NCBI GenBank assembly: GCA_049512075.1
Contig: JBEKXL010000004.1
Location: 94,166-158,165, forward strand
Reading direction: 5' to 3'
DNA length: 64,000 bases
Origin: Candidatus Bathyarchaeia archaeon
GTDB taxonomy: Archaea > Thermoproteota > Bathyarchaeia > Bathyarchaeales > Bathycorpusculaceae
The notes under the pieces were generated by a model. That model worked only from the letters and a program-made list of their open reading frames with translations. It was not told where the DNA came from and ran no database searches. Both the position numbers and the translations under genes were made by a program. Shown here one piece after another: positions 57,263 through 64,000 of this stretch; within the stretch, counting starts at the first letter, position 1, and every line of letters begins with the position of its first letter.

Positions 57263-57703
57263 GTGACAATATTGGCAAAAGAGGACGAAATGCTGGTAGA
57301 ACTCAAAAAGATTCGAACACTGCTAGAACCAAAGCCTGCTGAAGCAGCACCAGCACCAAAGGGCCTATGGGGCGAGTTCATTGACTTCATATCCAAATAC
57401 AAGGTTATGGGGCTTGCTGTTGCTTTCATTATCGGCGTTTACCTAGGGGCTGTAGTGCTGGCACTAGTCAAAGACTTGATAATGCCAATAATAGGTCTTG
57501 CCATACCTGGACTTGGAAATCTAGCGACTTTCAAGATTCCAATCCCCTCGACAACATTGGATCCCCAAGGAAACCCGCCGACTGGTTACGGAGGGCAAAT
57601 ATTCGGAATAGGAGACTTCCTTGTAGCGGTGATAACCTTCATTATCGTAGCCTTCGTAATCTTCTTGTTGGTGAAAGTCACTAAGAGATGGGGCATTGAG
57701 TAG
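57263..57703 (+). CDS. mscL: Large-conductance mechanosensitive channel family protein
   Basis: EFIDFI...VMGLAVAFIIG...LVKDLIMPII...G.FL..VI.FIIVAFVIF. Confidence 0.85.
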   Translation: MTILAKEDEMLVELKKIRTLLEPKPAEAAPAPKGLWGEFIDFISKYKVMGLAVAFIIGVYLGAVVLALVKDLIMPIIGLAIPGLGNLATFKIPIPSTTLDPQGNPPTGYGGQIFGIGDFLVAVITFIIVAFVIFLLVKVTKRWGIE

Positions 57704-58052
57704 ATACTGCAAGAAACCTTAGTGCCAATACCCCTTTTTTTATGATAGCAAAGCAGCATAGTGCACGCCCAACCTTGAAAAGGATTGACCGCGACGGATC
57801 CCCGAGCATGCTTCTCTTTTCTTGAGCCTCATAGAGCGCAAATCACGTAGCTAGACGTAGGGGATGAAAAAAGGAAGCGTATCTACTCGACAACTATCCA
57901 AGAGTTGTGTGCTCCCTAGCTGTGCGACTCTTCCAATAATCTGAAGTAAGCCAACTCACTTGCTTGCGGGACAGGCAAAAACTTCAACAGAGGCATCCTC
58001 AGTTTCTGTCTATGGACATCGAAAAGCTGAAATCCTAATTGGCACATAAGAT

Positions 58053-58358
58053 ATGAGCGTGGTTCGTATGCCCTACTACATTTTGCTTTCCAATTTGACG
58101 GATGAAGGATGGAAGACGATCAAAGAAAAACCCGAGAGGATCAAGGAAGTCAACAGGGAACTCGAAGGTTTCGGAGTTCGAGTGATAAGTCAATACGCTG
58201 TTCTCGGCCCGTATGATTTCGCAAACGTCGTGGAAGCGCCAGACAACAAAACCATAAGTAGAGTTTCCATCGAACTCGGCTCTAGAGGGACAGTTAGGAT
58301 TACCAGCATGGCTGCAGTTCCCATTGATGAATTCATTGCTTCGATGAAGAAACGCTGA
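58053..58358 (+). CDS. GYD domain protein
   Basis: YAVLGPYDF..VVEAPD. Confidence 0.85.
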   Translation: MSVVRMPYYILLSNLTDEGWKTIKEKPERIKEVNRELEGFGVRVISQYAVLGPYDFANVVEAPDNKTISRVSIELGSRGTVRITSMAAVPIDEFIASMKKR

Positions 58359-58604
58359 AATAGCATAAATTCCTTTTTTTCTGTGTTAGGCAGTAGGGAC
58401 GGCAGGAGGGCAAGTTGTAGGTCAATCTCAACTGAGTAACGCATTCGAATCTGTTGAAATGAAATTCATGAGATTGTCATGCTTCTTGACTCGTTTTAAC
58501 CGTGAAAACAAATTGATTCGGAAATTAGATTTTGAAATTCATGGAGAATTTATTTATAGGACTCCCACCATAGCTACCCAATCTGGGTTTCCCTCAGAGG
58601 AATC

Positions 58605-58949
58605 TTGAGTTTGACAGATAAAGCGTTCCATAGGTTGTTGCTTGAGGCTGTGGATTCAACCTTGTCTTCGCTCGGTGACTCGGCGAGACAGTCGGTCTAT
58701 TTCCACCTCGAAAAAAAGTTTGACATAACAAGGGACGAAATTCCGGGTCGAATTGAGGATTTCGACCATGGACTTGAACGGATTTTTGGGGCGGGAACAC
58801 GATTCTTGGAAGTCCTGATAATGAAGAAGCTCTATGAAGAGATGGGCTCGAGAGGAAAGGTTCTGAGACTGGATCAAGGGAAAGAGTTCAAGTTCGTCGA
58901 CTACGTAAGAGCAGCACAACTGGCCTATTTGCAGACGAAGAAAACCTAA
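58605..58949 (+). CDS. DUF3227/NitrOD5-like small protein
   Basis: LLEAVD..LSSLG......YFHLE...F..GLERIFG.G...LE. Confidence 0.7.
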   Translation: MSLTDKAFHRLLLEAVDSTLSSLGDSARQSVYFHLEKKFDITRDEIPGRIEDFDHGLERIFGAGTRFLEVLIMKKLYEEMGSRGKVLRLDQGKEFKFVDYVRAAQLAYLQTKKT

Positions 58950-59091
58950 AATCCCTCCTTGCAACATTTTCAACGCTTTTTTTGCCACGGAGTGCTGTTT
59001 GACAATCTATATTGGAAGTTCACAAACGTTTTATCAATGCTTGCCGAGTTTCATTCAAGACCTAGGCACGCTTGTCAGCGAGGACAACCAC

Positions 59092-59424
59092 TTGACCCAA
59101 AATGACTTTAACAAGATTCTTCTGTCTGCCGTCGACGAAGGCCTATGCTTACTCGGAGACTCATCCAAACAGGCGATACTCTTCCACCTGGAGACATCCT
59201 TTCAGGTGAAGGAAGAAAACATTCCGTCCAACCTGACAGAATTCAAAAAAGCCCTAGACAGCATTTTCGGGCCTGGAGCCGATTATCTTGAGAAAATCAT
59301 CGTGAAGCGCCTTCACGAAAAACTTGGCTTGCGATTCGAAGAGGGCAAGAACACAGATTTTCTCGAATACGTGCAGACAGCGAAGAGCCGAATCATAAAA
59401 AAAGGAGAGATTACCTTAAAATGA
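59092..59424 (+). CDS. DUF3227/NitrOD5-like small protein (paralog)
   Basis: Aligns by eye with upstream ORF; TTG start at 59092. Confidence 0.7.
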   Translation: MTQNDFNKILLSAVDEGLCLLGDSSKQAILFHLETSFQVKEENIPSNLTEFKKALDSIFGPGADYLEKIIVKRLHEKLGLRFEEGKNTDFLEYVQTAKSRIIKKGEITLK

Positions 59425-59579
59425 AAAACGGAATAGAGTTGATGCAAACTGAAATCGAGGAACTTTTCATTGAAGGATCTCGCCCCGTAGAGGCGATGAG
59501 CACGCGCGTCTTAGACGCACTGCTGCCTCAGGGTGACCTCGCGGATCAGACCAACAACGTAGCATGGAGGTGAAGAAAT

Positions 59580-60053
59580 ATGGATAGCAGCGCAAAAATT
59601 CTCATAGTTGACGATGACGAAAACATAAGAAAGGTGCTGATGGCAATACTCGAAGACAAAGGTTACGACATGGAAGCAGTAGGTACAGCTAGAGAGGCGA
59701 TAAAAAAGACCGATAAGAAGTTCTACAATCTGGCTTTAATAGACATCCGACTGCCGGACATGGAAGGAATAGATCTTCTGACGAAGATCAGGGACACAAC
59801 GCCCAGAATACGGAAGATAATAATAACGGGCTACCCCACGCTGCAGAACGCTGTGGACGCGGTCAACAGGGGCGCGGACGCCTACATAACGAAACCGTTC
59901 GACGTTGAAAGAGTCCTGAGCACAATCAGCGAGCAACTGAGAAAGCAGGAACAGGAGAAGAAGTACGGTCAAGACAAAGTCGCAGAGTTCATTGAAACAA
60001 GAGTAAGAGAGCTGGATCTGGAGAAAGAGACGGTTCATAGCAAGAAGCGGTGA
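59580..60053 (+). CDS. Response regulator (receiver domain plus short tail)
   Basis: ILIVDDD, DIRLPD, IITG, YITKPF. Confidence 0.92.
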   Translation: MDSSAKILIVDDDENIRKVLMAILEDKGYDMEAVGTAREAIKKTDKKFYNLALIDIRLPDMEGIDLLTKIRDTTPRIRKIIITGYPTLQNAVDAVNRGADAYITKPFDVERVLSTISEQLRKQEQEKKYGQDKVAEFIETRVRELDLEKETVHSKKR

Positions 60054-60295
60054 ACGTAATGTCCCCAGTTTTCGACACCTTTTCTTCGCGTTTATGTTCC
60101 TGAATCGGTTTCTCTTTTGCGCGAGCTGGTCTGGCAGCGTTGGCTGAGATGGATACGCGCGCGCTGAGTGAAAACAAGTTGGCGCTTATCGCCTACGTTC
60201 ATAGGCTTTCAAACTTGTTTGATTACGTCATTTTCAAAGGCCCTCGGAAAGATTTAACTCCACTTAGAACAAACAATTCGGTAGAGGTGCGAATT

Positions 60296-60796
60296 TTGAA
60301 GTGGGTAACTAGAGAATACGTGCACGTGGACCGAACGGCTTGTCCTTGGCTAATAAAGAGGTTCATAGACTCAAAAGCCGAATTCATGTTTGTGCCCGCT
60401 GAAGAAATATCCGAAGTTGTCAAGAGAGAGAAAGCCATACCCTATGACGCACCCGGTGTCGAGTTGGGCCATAAACGTCAGAAGTGCAGTTTCGACGCGT
60501 TCATTAAGAAATACAATATCAAAGATCCTGCAGTGCTGCGGCTGGCAGAGATCGTGCGCGCCGCAGACACGGACAGGCCTGAAGACCTTGAAGCCCCTGG
60601 ACTTGACGCAGTCATGACGGGGATATCGATCGCCGCAGAAGATGATCAAGAAGCGATTGAAAAGGCTAGACCGGTATACGATGCTTTGTACACATTTTGC
60701 AAGTTGAGGCTCTTGCGGGAGAAGCACCAGACAGAAATTGAGCAGATGAACCTAAAAGAGCGAAGACAGTTCCTGAGAAAGAAACTGCAAGAGTAG
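60296..60796 (+). CDS. Chromate resistance ChrB C-terminal-domain protein
   Basis: KWVTRE..HVDR.ACPWLIKRFID, CSFD, IVRAADT; TTG start at 60296. Confidence 0.85.
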   Translation: MKWVTREYVHVDRTACPWLIKRFIDSKAEFMFVPAEEISEVVKREKAIPYDAPGVELGHKRQKCSFDAFIKKYNIKDPAVLRLAEIVRAADTDRPEDLEAPGLDAVMTGISIAAEDDQEAIEKARPVYDALYTFCKLRLLREKHQTEIEQMNLKERRQFLRKKLQE

Positions 60797-60827
60797 GACC
60801 CAAAGACTACTTCTCTTTTTGACTGGC

Positions 60828-63482
60828 CTAGGGATGTTTTCTAATCAGCTTTGCAGCCTCAATCCAGAACGTGGCAGCGAACGATGTACCTAGCACAAGA
60901 AGCCAATCTTGCCACCCAAGGGAAGTTGTCCTGATCAGCGTTTGTAGGATAGGTGTGACCGTGGCCAGGACGAGCAAGACAATTGCCGCGAGTCCCCACA
61001 CGGCCATAACTTTGTTGGAAAATAATCCGCGTTTAACGAGCGGCTCTGTCTCGGACCTTGTATTAAAGGCGAGGAAGATGTGGGACAATATCCACGTAGC
61101 AAAAGCTGCCGTTTGTGCATACACGAGGTTCTCCCCCGTTCTGTAGTATGTTAGGACGTAGCATAATGAAACAGCCACGGACAAACACCCAGCACCTACG
61201 AAGATGCTTGTCAAGGTCCTTTTGTTTAGCAGCCTCTCCTTGGGGTTCCTGGGCGGTCGTTTCATGATGTCCGGCTCCATCCCTTCGGCTACAAATCCGC
61301 TCGAGGCTGCCAAGTCCATGAACATCTCCAGCACGATTATCTGAATAGGTGCAAAGGGTAGCGGCATGCCCAATAGAATTGGTAGCAGGAATATCAGGAC
61401 GAGTGCCACTTTGACCGAGAGGTAATACGTGACTCCCTTCTTCAGATTGTCGAAAATCTTTCTCCCCTCCCTGACCGCGCTGCCGATAGACACGAAGTTA
61501 TCATCTGTCAATATCATGTCAGCCGCCTCTTTGGCAGCGTCTGTGCCTTTCTGCCCCATTGCGATGCCTATTGCAGCCTCCTTGAGAGCAGGGGCATCGT
61601 TGACTCCGTCACCCGTGACCGCGACTACTTGACCCATATCCTTGAGAAGCCTAACTATCCTCAACTTGTGTTCAGGCGTGATCCTGGCGAAGATAGAAGT
61701 TTTCTTAAGCGCTTCCTTCAGTTGTTCATCGTTCATAAGCGAGATTTGTCCACCAGTGAGTAGATTTCCGTCGTTGGCTATACCGACCTTTGTCGCTATT
61801 GCCTTTGCTGTCTCCGGATGGTCGCCAGTTAACATTATGATTCTTATTCCAGCCTCCATGCACATAGACACGACGCCCTGGACCTCGGGTCTGGGGGGGT
61901 CCAAGAAACTAGCCATGCCGGCGAAAACAAGGTCTTTTACAAATGTCTCACGTTTCTCCTGTGCCCCAAGAGTGCGATATGCCAGTGCGATTGTTCGCTC
62001 GCCGCTTGAAGCAACCTTGCCTGCTACTTCGGATATCTTCTTCCTCTCGGAATCGTTGAACTTGACCTCTTTTCCTCCTATTAGGATCTTGGATGACTTT
62101 TCTATTATGGCCTCTGGCGCTCCGCTGGAGTAGATGATTCTTCTATTACCCTCTTGGTATACGTACGAGGCCATCTTCGTTTTATTGTCAAAGCTAAACT
62201 CGTCTGCAAGCTTGAAGTCACGTAGCTCATTCACATCTAGCCCTGTGGCTTCTGCTGAGCTGAGAATGGCTGCTCCCATCGGGTTGGAACTCTGCAGCTT
62301 CTCGTATTCCATCGTTGCCTGTGCATGAGTTGCTAGTATACCTATTTTCAGAAGACCTTTTGCATCTGGAGATGCTGAAGGTTCTACCAGTTCGCCGTCA
62401 ACGTACAAGTGGCCGAGCTTCATAGAGTTCTCAGTCAGCGTTCCCGTCTTGTCTGTTGCGATCACTGTGACACTTCCAAGCGTCTCGGATGCTCTGAGGC
62501 GTTTGACGAGGGCATTTTGCTTGGAGAGGGCGTGCGTGCCCACGGCTAGGACCATGGTGATTATTATTGGCAGTTCCTCAGGGATAACAGCGAAAGAGAG
62601 GGACAGACCTGTTAGGACCAAGGTCGGAAGCGGCTGCGCTTCTAGGTAGCCGCCCGTAGATGCGCGCAGATAACTCAAGACTGGAATTAGGATACTGAAG
62701 AAGAGTGCGATCCAGACGAGAGTCCTAGAGACCTGTCCCATAGTAACCTGAAGCGGTGTATCAGGCTCTTCCGCCTGCTTAGTCAGCTCCGAAACCCTGC
62801 CGAGCTCGGTGTTCTTCCCCGTGGAAGTGACGACGGAAAGCCCTTCACCCTGAGTTATGAGCGTTCCCGCTAGAACCATGTTGGTCAAATCTGTTGCCTG
62901 AGCGTTCGTGGGCACGACTGCCTCAGCGTCCTTCATAACTGAGAGGGATTCGCCAGTAAGGGAAGACTCATCAACTTGAAGACCGTAGGCCCTAGTCAAC
63001 CGAGCGTCTGCGGATATCCTTTCTCCTCCGCTAAGCATAAGAACATCACCTGGAACAATTTGAGCGGAAGGCACCTCTTTCAGCTTCCCGTCGCGAAGCA
63101 CCATGGAAGTCGGGGAGGTGAACTTCTTCAGCGACTCTACTCCCTGCTCAGCTTTGTATTCGTTGTAAACCTCGACGGAGACTAGTACAATGATTACCGT
63201 AAAGATGGTTACGGCGTCGAGGACGTGATCGATACCCAAAATGCTGTACAATACCCCCACTGATAGAAGGAGGAGAATCATCGGTTCTCTCACCTCCTCC
63301 TTCAGTGCGTCCAGAAAGCTCTCCTGCTCCTCCTCGACGAGAACGTTCTCACCATATCTCTTCAGCCTAGCCTCTGCCTCTTCAGAGGTTAACCCTTTTT
63401 CAGAATCTGTCCCAAGCTCTTTGAGGACGCCCTCGATTTTCTTCGACGCCCAATCAGCTATCTTATCCGTTGCGCTCACCAA
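60828..63482 (-). CDS. Cation-transporting P-type ATPase (P2-like)
   Basis: TGES, IPEELP, DKTGT, TGDH, GDGVNDAP. Confidence 0.95.
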   Translation of the reverse strand: MVSATDKIADWASKKIEGVLKELGTDSEKGLTSEEAEARLKRYGENVLVEEEQESFLDALKEEVREPMILLLLSVGVLYSILGIDHVLDAVTIFTVIIVLVSVEVYNEYKAEQGVESLKKFTSPTSMVLRDGKLKEVPSAQIVPGDVLMLSGGERISADARLTRAYGLQVDESSLTGESLSVMKDAEAVVPTNAQATDLTNMVLAGTLITQGEGLSVVTSTGKNTELGRVSELTKQAEEPDTPLQVTMGQVSRTLVWIALFFSILIPVLSYLRASTGGYLEAQPLPTLVLTGLSLSFAVIPEELPIIITMVLAVGTHALSKQNALVKRLRASETLGSVTVIATDKTGTLTENSMKLGHLYVDGELVEPSASPDAKGLLKIGILATHAQATMEYEKLQSSNPMGAAILSSAEATGLDVNELRDFKLADEFSFDNKTKMASYVYQEGNRRIIYSSGAPEAIIEKSSKILIGGKEVKFNDSERKKISEVAGKVASSGERTIALAYRTLGAQEKRETFVKDLVFAGMASFLDPPRPEVQGVVSMCMEAGIRIIMLTGDHPETAKAIATKVGIANDGNLLTGGQISLMNDEQLKEALKKTSIFARITPEHKLRIVRLLKDMGQVVAVTGDGVNDAPALKEAAIGIAMGQKGTDAAKEAADMILTDDNFVSIGSAVREGRKIFDNLKKGVTYYLSVKVALVLIFLLPILLGMPLPFAPIQIIVLEMFMDLAASSGFVAEGMEPDIMKRPPRNPKERLLNKRTLTSIFVGAGCLSVAVSLCYVLTYYRTGENLVYAQTAAFATWILSHIFLAFNTRSETEPLVKRGLFSNKVMAVWGLAAIVLLVLATVTPILQTLIRTTSLGWQDWLLVLGTSFAATFWIEAAKLIRKHP

Positions 63483-63638
63483 AATCCTCCAAACCTTTTT
63501 TGACTGTGGCGCGCGTCAGCTTACCATTGAATGAAAGCTCTTGGTTCTGGCGGATTTGACCAGTAGAGTTAGACATCATTTGATCGCTCTTTTTGTTTCA
63601 GACATGATTTCCGTGAGCTCCCTCACTGAGGGAGACGC

Positions 63639-64000
63639 CTACTTGGCTTGACTTCTGCCAACGAGTTCTCGGTAATAAAGTTGAGGGGAGATAAGTAGTT
63701 TCCCCCGGAGCAAGCTCCGGGGCTCTATGGTGTTGCTTCCTTGTTCTTCTCGTATGTATTTTCTGACGGCGTCGAGGTTTAGTCCGCCTACTGTGTTGGC
63801 GCAGTATCCTTCTGCCCAGAGGCTTCCTTTCCAGAGGTGCCTTTTTAGGTCTGGAAACTCTTGGAAGAGGGTTCTGGCGGTTATGCTTTTCAGGGTTCTC
63901 ACAACGTCGGGTATGGCCTGTTTGGGTTGTAGTTTGAGTAGGACGTGTATGTGGTCGGGGGAGACTTTCAGCTCATCCAGAGTGTAGCCGTACTCATCAG
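63639..64000 (-). mobile_element. tnpA: IS200/IS605 Y1 transposase, 5'-partial, with subterminal hairpin
   Basis: PDHIHVL (HUH), LW..GY..TVG, YIREEQ; hairpin CCCCGGAGC-AA-GCTCCGGGG at 63703-63722. Confidence 0.9.

Noticed and set aside
168-63987. Numerous antisense or alternate-frame ORFs in the track (e.g. 3493-4008, 24627-25289, 39877-40398, 61642-62133)
   Set aside because: They are shadows of well-supported genes or tRNAs and show no motifs of their own.
1-64000. CRISPR array, cas genes, rRNA, reverse transcriptase (DGR/retron)
   Set aside because: No regularly spaced repeat-spacer units, no rRNA-like stretch and no RT motif seen.

Overview
Archaeal chromosome window, most consistent with Bathyarchaeia/TACK (TBP, eukaryote-like topoisomerase IB, archaeal CoA pathway, NosD/CARDB/dockerin surface protein); the taxonomy is inferred from gene content. 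Main discovery: a 17,486-bp integrated element (5547-23032) splits a DUF763 gene at a 6-bp AAAGCT core. Both halves are intact, and exact excision would restore a 381-aa ORF. The element carries two tyrosine recombinases, a primase/SF3-helicase with embedded iteron-like repeats, a Toprim-like protein, a divergent regulatory switch, and a membrane-protein operon ending in a 977-aa anchored spike/adhesin-like protein. No capsid, packaging ATPase or conjugation ATPase was recognised. Other notable items: a 2,661-bp cargo transposon with no intact transposase, bounded by perfect 52-bp TIRs and an 8-bp TSD (54557-57217); a tRNA-Arg with a non-canonical variable-loop intron; a PNGase/NGLY1-like protein next to topoisomerase IB; a 7-gene CoA cluster; four tRNAs in total; and an IS200/IS605 tnpA at the right edge. 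All family calls come from reading motifs by eye; no searches were run.
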